A stretch of 64,000 nt of DNA, from contig MU053314.1 of assembly GCA_013239625.1 (NCBI GenBank), positions 19,310 to 83,309 of the forward strand. The letters are read 5' to 3'. The notes under the pieces are model-generated. The model worked only from the letters and a program-made list of their open reading frames with translations, was not told the DNA's origin and did not search any database. Source of the stretch: Lama guanicoe. Its lineage: Eukaryota. Within the stretch, counting starts at the first letter, position 1, and every line of letters starts with the position of its first letter. Made by a program: the position numbers and the translations under genes. Below, one piece after another: positions 22,126 through 34,793 of the stretch.

Positions 22126-24287
22126 AGAGACAAACATGATTCCATTGCAAAGTACAGTTAGTTACTATATCATCAACACGTGTGCTTCACAATCTGAACC
22201 CCGAGCTAAACTGAACTGTAAGCACTTGTCGGCCACACGGCACCGTAAGATGCTGATGACACCAACTAAAACACAGGGCTCGGCAAAGCCCGCGAGAGGC
22301 CCTGGCACCTCTGGGACAGGGCGACCAGGCCCCGCAGACGACCCAGAAAAAGTCGTGGTCCTGCCGTCTCCAGAATCAAAGCAAGCGCTCCTAAGGGTGA
22401 TGTCGTGGCTTGGTGTCTAGAGAAATCACGTGCAACAGCTGAGAAACTTTCCAGCCCCTATTCTTAAAATTTCCACAGGAAAACCTAAATTTGGGTGGGG
22501 CTTCGAGGAGCAGCAGTTTTGTTCTCTTTCAGACACTCAAGAACCAAGCGCAACCATGCCCTTCCTGACCCTCCCGTCCCACGCTTACGACCCTCGTGCT
22601 CAGATGGGCTGGGAGATGTCCCTCAGAAGCCGACTGGAGCGGCCGGCAGAAGCCGGTTACTGCCCCGCAGTGGGAGCTGCTGGCGTTAGGACTAGAAGGT
22701 GCCTGAGGTGACTTCCAGGCACACCGCGTGGAGACCAGGCTTGTTACTGCTAGTGGGGCTTTGACTGAAACTGTTCCTGTTACAAAGGACAGGAATTTAT
22801 TTTGAGACTTGAGAGACCCATCGTTGTGGGTCCTGTCATCCTGCATGGGGGGAAATGGAGAGAAGAACTTACCAAAACTAATTATCTTTAGACAAAATAG
22901 TGGATTCAAGAGCAAACATCGGCAGGACCACTAGGGTCCTCATCACATGCACGATGGGTCCAACATCCCCCTGTGGACTCAAGAAGGATGTAACAGAATG
23001 GTCCCCTCCCTGTGACACGTCACCAAACAAGGCCAAACAGCATGGATTGTAGGTGGTCGTCAACAGTGGAGGACCAACCCGACCTGCATTCCGCTAGAAA
23101 GCAGGTGCTCTGTTGATGCATTGATGGTGTTACATCAACTAAAGAGGTAGAAGAAAAGCCTGTTCAATGGGCAGAACTGAGTGGTACTCCCCCAGCATCA
23201 GAGGAATCACACTGCTTATCAGCCCTTAGGTAGCAGCCAGGGGGTTGCAACATGGTCCAGAAGACGGGCCTGGGATAAACGGAAGATAAAAAAGCCCAGT
23301 GCAAGGCCCTGCATTATCAAATTCCTTACAGAACTGGAGGTGGGTATCAGAATGCAGCATTTCCAAAATACCCCCAAGTAACTCCCGCAGCAACCCCAGG
23401 AACAGCAGGTGCAGGTGCTGGTTAGTCTGCCTGGCCTGCCTGCATCCCCAGAGAGACATAAAAGATCCCACCAGGAACTTGCAGCAAAATCTCCCAGAGC
23501 AAGACGCACGGCACAGATGACGTTTCCACCCGGAGGTGGGTCACGCTGGTGAACGAGGAGGACCCAGACAATTAAAATGAGAGTTGCTATAACGTGTTCT
23601 GGGGCTAATGGAAATATTAAAAGAGTAAGATGATGATGTAGAAATGGGATAATTTCAAGATTAAGACCTAGTGTGAGTGAGAGAGGACGCAGAAGTCAAG
23701 GGCTTGGGCACAGGTGTGGAAAGGGCCTGCGTCAGGCGCAGGGGCCGTGGGTCTGGGTGCGGATGAAAACACGATTATCTGTTTGCATTCATGGGTGTTT
23801 CTTCAACAGCAGAAGTCCTAGCAAGCAACAGGAAGAAGAGTGGAGAGGGCGGGGGTGCAAGGGTCCGTGAAGTGAAGACGTGGAATTGGTTTTCAAGAGA
23901 GGGGAAGGCTGAATGGATCTTCCGAGCAGATGGCCACACACCTGGTGTTCGCCGTCACACATTTAAACCGCACCCCGTCAATCTGTGCTTCTAGCGGGCG
24001 CACGTTTCCCTTGTTCACTGTGACTCTGCGCGGTGACTTTCAACTACACACTTGTTAGGTTTAGGTCAACATAACAGCAACACAGGAGCCTTAAGTAAAC
24101 GATCCACTAGCAGGACTTAGTGTGATGTGTAAGCCCTGCTTTTTCTAATGGCCCAACAGCTACTCACTTCTTCATTGTCAACGTCTGCAAAGTACACAAA
24201 CCTGTATTTTAAGAACATCAACTTATGTACAGAGACCAAAGTGTCGTTCCCTGCAGTCTGGGACCTCATGCCCAGGACTTTGCAAAA

Positions 24288-24515
24288 TTGGGAGTTCCAG
24301 ACTTACAGATACTGACTGGTATATATAAAATAGATAAACAAGTTTATACTGTACAGCACAGGGAACTATATTCAGTATCTTGTAGTCACTTACAGAAAAA
24401 AAAGAATACGAAAATGAATGTATGTATGTCCATGTATGACTGAAGTATTGTGCTGTACGCCAGAAATTAACACAACATTGTAAACTGACTATATTTCAAT
24501 AAAAAAGGGAAAAAA
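24288..24515 (+). mobile_element. Young L1 3' UTR fragment (copies at 26493-26720 and 31351-31578)
   Basis: actgtacagcacagggaactatattcagtatcttgt … acacaacattgtaaactgactata plus A-rich tail. Confidence 0.9.
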
Positions 24516-27500
24516 CCCAGCTTCATTGAATTAAGATGAATTACTTCCCCTCAGTTGTTTATTGCTGTTTTAATTCTGTGAAAGTCAAAATTACAAACTT
24601 CATTATTTCCAAATATGATAATTAATTAGTACTACACCTATATGTTTCTACAGTGTCTGACTTTTGTCCCCTGGTCAGGTCTTTTCAAGGCACTTAGAGA
24701 TAACCAAGAAAATGAAACACTGGTATAAATGTATAGATCACTGATATCAGGTGCCAGAAATCCTATTTATAGTGCTCCTTTCCCCCAGTAGTGTTTAATT
24801 TTAATTCTGACAACAAGATGTATCTAAGAAAATAATTAGAGCAAAATTACTAGTCATGAGAGAGGTCTTCTTTTTTGTGCATTTACTAGACATTGAGATG
24901 AATGATTATAATGATTGAATAGCAAGTCCTTCTAAACCAAATTTATTTGTCAACTAGTAAAGTGATAAACATGTTGATGATACATAACAATGTTCATATC
25001 ACTCAGAGCTTCACAGAACTGAGTTATAGTCTTATAAAAATGTTTTCCTATTCCTACCAAAATACTTATCTGAATATGCTTCTCAAAGCTTACACCTATT
25101 AAAAAAAAAGTAAAACCAGAATGTAGGCTGTCACTCCCTCATTCTAGCCACCAGTAACATTCATCCATGGGAAGAAAATGGAGACCCGTAAGTACATGGA
25201 TGGTTTTAAAGCTCCGGGATTTAAATTTGATAATTCAGGGCAAATGTTGACGTCGAAACAGTAAAGGACCAAAGACTAATCCCTGGAACATTTCCAAACG
25301 TGGGAAGAGGAGGGGATCACAGCACAGCAGACTGAGAGAGTGAAACCAGCACGGTCAGAGGGAAGCCAAGAGGACAGTCCTACAGAGCCAGGATGAGAAG
25401 GGAGAAGTGGCCACTAGATCTGCAAAATGACAGACTGTTCATGACAAGAGCAGAGCTGGGGGGAGACGGTGACTGAAAGGACAGGAGGTGAGTGGTCGTG
25501 TGGGGGGTAGATGACTGGGCAGAGGAGCTGTCCCTCCACCAGGGAAAGGAAAGCGGGGGTGCAGCTGGTGGAGAGCGTGGAGCCAAGGGAACCTGTCTCC
25601 TGTTCGGTTGGTAGTTGCTTTTTATTTTTTTTAATTGAAGTACAGTCAGTTACAGTGTGTCAATTTCTGGTGCACAGCACAGTGTCCCAGTCATGTATAT
25701 ATATATATTCATTTTCATACTCTTTCGTTAAAGGTCATTATAAGATATTGAATATAGTCCCCTCTGCTGTTGCTTTTTAAAATAAGAGTTGCTATAACGT
25801 GTTCTGGGGCTAATGGAAATATTAAAAGAGTAAGATGATGATGTAGAAATGGGATAATTTCAAGATTAAGACCTAGTGTGAGTGAGAGAGGACGCAGAAG
25901 TCAAGGGCTTGGGCACAGGTGTGGAAAGGGCCTGCGTCAGGCGCAGGGGCCGTGGGTCTGGGTGCGGATGAAAACACGATTATCTGTTTGCATTCATGGG
26001 TGTTTCCTCAACAGCAGAAGTCCTAGCAAGCAACAGGAAGAAGAGTGGAGAGGGCGGGGGTGCAAGGGTCCGTGAAGTGAAGACGTGGAATTGGCTTTCA
26101 AGAGAGGGGAAGGCTGAATGGATCTTCCGAGCAGATGGCCACACACCTGGTGTTCGCCGTCACACATTTAAACCGCACCCCGTCAATCTGTGCTTCTAGC
26201 GGGCGCACGTTTCCCTTGTTCACTGTGACTCTGCGCGGTGACTTTCAACTACACACTTGTTAGGTTTAGGTCAACATAACAGCAACACAGGAGCCTTAAG
26301 TAAACGATCCACTAGCAGGACTTAGTGTGATGTGTAAGCCCTGCTTTTTCTAATGGCCCAACAGCTACTCACTTCTTCATTGTCAACGTCTGCAAAGTAC
26401 ACAAACCTGTATTTTAAGAACATCAACTTATGTACAGAGACCAAAGTGTCGTTCCCTGCAGTCTGGGACCTCATGCCCAGGACTTTGCAAAATTGGGAGT
26501 TCCAGACTTACAGATACTGACTGGTATATATAAAATAGATAAACAAGTTTATACTGTACAGCACAGGGAACTATATTCAGTATCTTGTAGTCACTTACAG
26601 AAAAAAAAGAATACGAAAATGAATGTATGTATGTCCATGTATGACTGAAGTATTGTGCTGTACGCCAGAAATTAACACAACATTGTAAACTGACTATATT
26701 TCAATAAAAAAGGGAAAAAACCCAGCTTCATTGAATTAAGATGAATTACTTCCCCTCAGTTGTTTATTGCTGTTTTAATTCTGTGAAAGTCAAAATTACA
26801 AACTTCATTATTTCCAAATATGATAATTAATTAGTACTACACCTATATGTTTCTACAGTGTCTGACTTTTGTCCCCTGGTCAGGTCTTTTCAAGGCACTT
26901 AGAGATAACCAAGAAAATGAAACACTGGTATAAATGTATAGATCACTGATATCAGGTGCCAGAAATCCTATTTATAGTGCTCCTTTCCCCCAGTAGTGTT
27001 TAATTTTAATTCTGACAACAAGATGTATCTAAGAAAATAATTAGAGCAAAATTACTAGTCATGAGAGAGGTCTTCTTTTTTGTGCATTTACTAGACATTG
27101 AGATGAATGATTATAATGATTGAATAGCAAGTCCTTCTAAACCAAATTTATTTGTCAACTAGTAAAGTGATAAACATGTTGATGATACATAACAATGTTC
27201 ATATCACTCAGAGCTTCACAGAACTGAGTTATAGTCTTATAAAAATTTTTTTCCTATTCCTACCAAAATATTTATCTGAATATGCTTCTCAAAGCTTACA
27301 CCTATAAAAAAAAAAGTAAAACCAGAATGTAGGCTGTCACTCCCTCATTCTAGCCACCAGTAACATTCATCCATGGGGAACTGAGAAAACAATTCATCTA
27401 TCTCATTATATTACAATACATTTGAAAGATAGTTATGTTTTTGGAAAATTGTGCACTATTACTCTAAGGAAATCTTAATAAAAAAGAAACAATATTGAAA

Positions 27501-29849
27501 GGATCGTGTTCACAGGATTTTTAATAATTAAATTTCAGCGAATAAAGGGAGAACTTCCAGTAACGGTATCCAAGTAAAATGGTTGTATAGACTCAACCAT
27601 TTGAGAGAAATAAAAATTATGATAGATAGCAGTTATTGAACTGGATAAAATAAAATGTCAATTATGTAAAGGCAGTAGAAATTACTCAGAATCAGACAGA
27701 GGCTATAGGAAATTTTGCTCTCAAGAAATAGCTCTTAAAAGAGTCAGAGATGTGAGTTGGGGCTTTCAGGCGTGAATTTGCAGCTTTGGGTTATGGGTCT
27801 TCTCAACCCCACAGCTACAGTGATGCAAACCAGCAGAGTAAACCATAGTGTTACATGGGCGAAGTATCAGAAATGAGAGTTTAGAATTGTAAGGGATGCT
27901 GGAAATTTAAAACAAAAATTAATAGCCATTCTAAGAAACAGCAAAGTGTTCTGCAAATCCAGGACAAGAGTCAACAGAAACCTTTCTGAGTGGGCCCACA
28001 CGTGAATTTAGGAGAAACAACTTCAAATCCCCTATTATAAATATTTGAACATAAGACAAAATAGAAGTTTGAATAGCCATTAACATTAAACCCATAAAAA
28101 AAGACTTTACCAGGAACTCCAGACAGTTTTGGCTTCACTGATGAAATCAATCAAATATTAAAGAAAGAAATAATGCTAATACCACACAAATGGTATTAGT
28201 ATTACTCAAATTCTGAAAAAAGATCCCACCAGGAACTTGCAGCAAAATCTCCCAGAGCAAGACGCACGGCACAGATGACGTTTCCACCCGGAGGTGGGTC
28301 ACGCTGGTGAACGAGGAGGACCCAGACAAGCAGCCCTTTGGTTTCCCTGGACTCTCTCTGGCCCCTTCCCCACCTCCAACCTTATCTTCATCTAGGGCCT
28401 TATGTGAGGACACCCCAGGCAGTCCTGTGGGTCTTTTCAATGATCTGAATCCATCTTTCCATCTATTCAATCCCAACTATACTACGGAGTACTAGCAATG
28501 CCTACTTCGTAGGATGGTTTTAAGGAATAACTTAAATTATTTAAAGTGTTGAGAGCAAAGGTGTAAGGTGCGGTGCTCAGAAACATTCTGTGTCATCAGG
28601 GAGACAACAGCGTCACTGCCGCGTGTGTGCAGAGTCTCCGAGGATAAAGGAGCACGTGCACCTGGAAGCGGGCAGTCCTTCGTGCCCACCTCCGAGTTAC
28701 TCCAAGGTCACACACCAAGGTGAAATCTCTCATTTCACTGAAAACATATTTCCTATTTCGATGGGCAAGGTTAGCATATATTTACGTTGAAAACGGGGTA
28801 TTTTGGTATTACGATACAAGCTTTACTTACCGATTTCGAGAAGAGTGAAATCAAGCTCGCGACTCCCCTGGTCACATGTACTCCACGTGCTCCTCCCACG
28901 ACCAGGCCACACCTGCCACACGTGAATAAGATGCATCGTGTGTTTGTATTTCCAAACAAAAGGAGAAGTATTTATAAACCAAAAGGTAAAGAAAATCCAG
29001 AAAGAGTTGATGCTGCTTTTCAACACACCTTGCTTTTCACATTAATTTCAAATGAGACCAATTCAGCATCACAAAGATTTCTTTAATGGTAATGATTCTC
29101 TGACTTCTAATCTCTGCTAATTGGATGAAATTATTATTTCAGGAATGTGAACTCTGTTTCAAATTAATATATATAACTAATGTGCTAGAATCTAATTTTC
29201 AAAGTGATGAAAATAATTTTATAGTATGTTACTTTTTTCTTTGACTTCTAATTAAATTTCTTCTTATGGGGATTTGGAGATCTGATTTGAAAAATAATTT
29301 AAAATGGGTTATTTTTATTCATGAATTCTATTGCTACAAAATGGAAGTGGCCAGTGCAAATTTCCAATTAGAGTGAGCCTTAAATGGACTTTAAAATATC
29401 AGTCTATGCCCAAAGGGCAGAGATAAAGATACCTTTTAAAATCACATTTTGTTCCTTTATTCATGACATGGATAACTATTGAGTATTCTATGTGGATTTA
29501 CTTGAAAAATTGCTTTAGATTTCAACATCCATTCTCTCTGTCAATCTGTAAAATTGACAATGGCATTTTGAGTTGGACAAGTGTGGCATACGCAATAAAA
29601 ATGTACTCTTATAACATGATTCAGGGAAGGTAATTTTTCATATTTTGTTTCAGAAAGAATCTTGAGGTATACAGAATGAGGTTACAGAGATTGCTGGCTA
29701 GAATAACCAATAGCAACATTTTTAAAGTTCTAGAAAAAGAAAAAAAATTTTTAAAGTGCACAGATTCAGATGACAGAACTTTAGTCTTTAAACTAACAAA
29801 TAATCTGTGTGTGTGTTCCAGGGTAAAAGGACTAGAAAGGAAGGGCAGT

Positions 29850-31010
29850 GAAGGGTGAGGCCTAGATTTTTGGCTATCTGCTCAGGGGACTGTGGTGGCT
29901 CTGACCGACAAGGAAGGGCAGCTGTGTGGTGGTGTGAGGAAAATGTACATTCTTTTGGATCCATTTTCAGGCATCAAATGAAGGTTTCGAATCAACATTT
30001 GGGGCTCAGGGACAAGACAGAAAATGGAGACCCGTAAGTACATGGATGGTTTTAAATCTCCGGGATTCAAATTTGATAATTCAGGGCAAATGTTGACATA
30101 GAAACAGAAAAGAACCAAAGACTAACCCCTGGGACATTTCCAAACGTGGGAAGAGGAGGGGATCACAGCACAGCAGACTGAGAGAGTGAAACCAGCACGG
30201 TCAGAGGGAAGCCAAGAGGACAGTCCTTCAGAGCCAGGATGAGAAGGGAGAAGTGGCCACTAGATTTGCAAAATGACAGATTGTTCATGACAAGAGCAGA
30301 GCTGGGGGGAGACGGTGACTGAAAGGACAGGAGGTGAGTGGTCGTGTTGGGGGTAGATGACTGGGCAGAGGAGCTGTCCCTCCACCAGGGAAAGGAAAGC
30401 GGGGGTGCAGCTGGTGGAGAGCGTGGAGCCAAGGGAACCTGTCTTCTGTTCGGTTGGTAGTTGCTTTTTATTTTTTTTAATTGAAGTACAGTCAGTTACA
30501 GTGTGTCAATTTCTGGCGCACAGCACAGTGTCCCAGTCATGCATGTATATATATATATATATATATTCATTTTCATACTCTTTCATTAAAGGTCATTATA
30601 AGATATTGAATATAGTCCCCTCTGCTGTTGCTTTTTAAAATGAGAGTTGCTATAACGTGTTCTGGGGCTAATGGAAATATTAAAAGAGTAAGATGATGAT
30701 GTAGAAATGGGATAATTTCAAGATTAAGACCTAGTGTGAGTGAGAGAGGACGCAGAAGTCAAGGGCTTGGGCACAGGTGTGGAAAGGGCCTGCGTCAGGC
30801 GCAGGGGCCGTGGGTCTGGGTGCGGATGAAAACACGATTATCTGTTTGCATTCATGGGTGTTTCTTCAACAGCAGAAGTCCTAGCAAGCAACAGGAAGAA
30901 GAGTGGAGAGGGCGGGGGTGCAAGGGTCCGTGAAGTGAAGACGTGGAATTGGTTTTCAAGAGAGGGGAAGGCTGAATGGATCTTCCGAGCAGATGGCCAC
31001 ACACCTGGTG
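29850..31010 (-). mobile_element. LINE2 remnant interrupted by a short antisense L1 3' UTR (30465-30628)
   Basis: GA-rich L2-like motifs; ttaattgaagtacagtcagttacagtgtgtcaatttctgg for the L1 piece. Confidence 0.6.
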
Positions 31011-32904
31011 TTCGCCGTCACACATTTAAACCGCACCCCGTCAATCTGTGCTTCTAGCGGGCGCACGTTTCCCTTGTTCACTGTGACTCTGCGCGGTGAC
31101 TTTCAACTACACACTTGTTAGGTTTAGGTCAACATAACAGCAACACAGGAGCCTTAAGTAAACGATCCACTAGCAGGACTTAGTGTGATGTGTAAGCCCT
31201 GCTTTTTCTAATGGCCCAACAGCTACTCACTTCTTCATTGTCAACGTCTGCAAAGTACACAAACCTGTATTTTAAGAACATCAACTTATGTACAGAGACC
31301 AAAGTGTCGTTCCCTGCAGTCTGGGACCTCATGCCCAGGACTTTGCAAAATTGGGAGTTCCAGACTTACAGATACTGACTGGTATATATAAAATAGATAA
31401 ACAAGTTTATACTGTACAGCACAGGGAACTATATTCAGTATCTTGTAGTCACTTACAGAAAAAAAAGAATACGAAAATGAATGTATGTATGTCCATGTAT
31501 GACTGAAGTATTGTGCTGTACGCCAGAAATTAACACAACATTGTAAACTGACTATATTTCAATAAAAAAGGGAAAAAACCCAGCTTCATTGAATTAAGAT
31601 GAATTACTTCCCCTCAGTTGTTTATTGCTGTTTTAATTCTGTGAAAGTCAAAATTACAAACTTCATTATTTCCAAATATGATAATTAATTAGTACTACAC
31701 CTATATGTTTCTACAGTGTCTGACTTTTGTCCCCTGGTCAGGTCTTTTCAAGGCACTTAGAGATAACCAAGAAAATGAAACACTGGTATAAATGTATAGA
31801 TCACTGATATCAGGTGCCAGAAATCCTATTTATAGTGCTCCTTTCCCCCAGTAGTGTTTAATTTTAATTCTGACAACAAGATGTATCTAAGAAAATAATT
31901 AGAGCAAAATTACTAGTCATGAGAGAGGTCTTCTTTTTTGTGCATTTACTAGACATTGAGATGAATGATTATAATGATTGAATAGCAAGTCCTTCTAAAC
32001 CAAATTTATTTGTCAACTAGTAAAGTGATAAACATGTTGATGATACATAACAATGTTCATATCACTCAGAGCTTCACAGAACTGAGTTATAGTCTTATAA
32101 AAATTTTTTTCCTATTCCTACCAAAATATTTATCTGAATATGCTTCTCAAAGCTTACACCTATAAAAAAAAAAGTAAAACCAGAATGTAGGCTGTCACTC
32201 CCTCATTCTAGCCACCAGTAACATTCATCCATGGGGAACTGAGAAAACAATTCATCTATCTCATTATATTACAATACATTTGAAAGATAGTTATGTTTTT
32301 GGAAAATTGTGCACTATTACTCTAAGGAAATCTTAATAAAAAAGAAACAATATTGAAAGGATCGTGTTCACAGGATTTTTAATAATTAAATTTCAGCGAA
32401 TAAAGGGAGAACTTCCAGTAACGGTATCCAAGTAAAATGGTTGTATAGACTCAACCATTTGAGAGAAATAAAAATTATGATAGATAGCAGTTATTGAACT
32501 GGATAAAATAAAATGTCAATTATGTAAAGGCAGTAGAAATTACTCAGAATCAGACAGAGGCTATAGGAAATTTTGCTCTCAAGAAATAGCTCTTAAAAGA
32601 GTCAGAGATGTGAGTTGGGGCTTTCAGGCGTGAATTTGCAGCTTTGGGTTATGGGTCTTCTCAACCCCACAGCTACAGTGATGCAAACCAGCAGAGTAAA
32701 CCATAGTGTTACATGGGCGAAGTATCAGAAATGAGAGTTTAGAATTGTAAGGGATGCTGGAAATTTAAAACAAAAATTAATAGCCATTCTAAGAAACAGC
32801 AAAGTGTTCTGCAAATCCAGGACAAGAGTCAACAGAAACCTTTCTGAGTGGGCCCACACGTGAATTTAGGAGAAACAACTTCAAATCCCCTATTATAAAT
32901 ATTT

Positions 32905-34045
32905 GAACATAAGACAAAATAGAAGTTTGAATAGCCATTAACATTAAACCCATAAAAAAAGACTTTACCAGGAACTCCAGACAGTTTTGGCTTCACTGAT
33001 GAAATCAATCAAATATTAAAGAAAGAAATAATGCTAATACCACACAAATGGTATTAGTATTACTCAAATTCTGATCAATACAGATAAAAAGAAATCCTCA
33101 ACTCATTTTATGAGACCAGTATTACTCTGATAAAAATGCCAGGCAAAACATTATGAAAAATACCAGTATCATAGTCTTCATGAGTATTAGATGTAATTTT
33201 TTAAAGAAAATACTAGCAAATTATATTCAGCAATATATTAGAAATACCATGTATAATGGCCAAGCAGAATTTTTTTCCAGGAATATAAGTTAATTTAATA
33301 TTCAAAATAAATGAATATAACTCACCATATTAATAAAATAAAGAAGACAATTCATTTGATTATCTTAATAATTTCAGAGGAAAAAATTTTAAAAATCCAC
33401 TGATCATTCATGATTAAAAAGAGAACCTATCAGTAATCTATGACTAGAAGGGGACTTTCTCAAACTGAAAAGACATCTATTAAAGACCAACAGCTAATAG
33501 TACACTTACTGAGAAAACCTGAGTGCCTCCCTCCAGGACTCATGAGCGGCTAGGACACCAGCTCCCACATTTATTCTACACTGTACTAAGTTCCTAGCCA
33601 GTGAAATAAGATAAGAAAAATAAATTTTAAAAAATTTATAAAAGCTATAAAAACTAACAAGTCAGCTTAGTGAGGTCACAGAATTAAATGTAAAAATACA
33701 CAAATCCACAGAATACCTGTTTATTATTAACTAAATAATTGCAAAATAAAATAACAACTACAATATGATTTTCATGGAAATGTGAGTTATTTCATATAAA
33801 ATTAAAATAAATGCACTGAAAACAGCAAACATTCATGAAGCAAAGTAAATAAGATTTTAAACAATTGAGAAATAAATCAAAAGATTATACATTTTTAGAG
33901 AACTCATGTTTCCTCCAAAGGAATCTATAAATTCAATGCAATTTCAATCCAGCTGCTAGAAGACTTTTTAGAAGAAATTGATAAGCTGTTTTAAAACTCA
34001 TAAAAATAATGGAAATAACTTACCGGGGCCAAAGCAATTAAAGGA
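32905..34045 (+). mobile_element. Old L1 ORF2 (RT region) remnant
   Basis: caactcattttatgagaccagtattactctgata, aaaatactagcaaat, atctataaattcaatgcaatt. Confidence 0.88.
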
Positions 34046-34092
34046 GGAGGAAGGAGGAGTAGGAGGGGGAGGGGAGATGGGGGAGGGAGAGG
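34043..34092. repeat. (GGA)n purine-rich low-complexity tract
   Basis: ggaggaggaaggaggagtaggagggggaggggagatggggagggagagg. Confidence 0.8.
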
Positions 34093-34380
34093 CCACCAGT
34101 ACAGTTGGAGGTATTTTTAAAATTCATTTCCTTAAACTACATTAAAGTCAGATATTAAAATAAAATAGATGTGTGAAAGTGTGAAAATAAAAGTGAGTAT
34201 GATTCCTCCAAAGACTTCCTCCTGGGGAATCAACTCCACTCTAAACATGTTATCTTTAACATAAGACCAGATACACGATAGGGACAATACTCAGAGAACG
34301 GCAGAAGCGCACACAGAGCCCAGCCACCTGCAGTAGGAAGCCAGGGGCTCGAGCACCTCGCAGCGTCTGGCTGGCAGAAA

Positions 34381-34775
34381 TGATAAAGCAGAAAAGAAAT
34401 CATTACCCTTGTGGTTATCAGCCTACCTTCCAGGAGTCACCAGCTGTCGCAAAAGATTACACATCTTTCATAGGTCTGCTAATTTATGTTTCTTGAATCA
34501 ACATGGGACCAGGCTAAGACGACGGGTTCTATTTGTTTTGCGCAGTAATTCCACCTACTCACTAGGACTGATAGCCCCGTATAAATACTGTATCTCGAGA
34601 CTCGCTGTACCCAGAACTGACCCTGTGTTTTCTCGCCTGAGAGACTGAGGTGAACGAGATATATTTAAATCTCAACAGTGAACTTCAATTGTTTCCACCT
34701 ACATAGTGAAACAAGTCTGTCCAACTGATCACTTACTAAGGCCCCTCTGCTCTGAAGTTAACCACTGTCATCAGC
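34381..34775 (+). promoter_or_regulatory. ANXA10: ANXA10 core promoter and 5' UTR
   Basis: TATAAAT at 34580-34586, about 30 nt upstream of where similarity to the ANXA10 5' UTR begins (~34610). GATA motifs at 34381 (TGATAA), 34415 (TTATCA) and 34569 (TGATAG). TSS is inferred. Confidence 0.7.
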
Positions 34776-34793
34776 ATGTTTTATGGAGACTAT
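34776..34793 (+). CDS. ANXA10: Annexin A10 coding exon 1 (MFYGDY)
   Basis: ATG TTT TAT GGA GAC TAT followed by GTAAGT donor at 34794. Matches the ANXA10 N-terminus (human MFCGDY, from memory). The preceding ~165 nt resemble the ANXA10 5' UTR as I recall it. Confidence 0.93.

Larger units (their letters stand above)
23460..33074. repeat. Shuffled duplicated/triplicated block (P-Q-R-Q-S-P-T-R-Q-S)
   Basis: P=23460-23571/28218-28329. Q=23573-25171/25778-27377/30636-32235. R=25173-25777/30019-30635. S=27378-28215/32236-33074. T=28330-30018 is unique. Confidence 0.95.

Noticed and set aside
23673..31506. Triplicated short ORFs suggesting a tandem gene family
   Set aside because: They lie in L2/L1 remnants within a probable false duplication and show no coding features.
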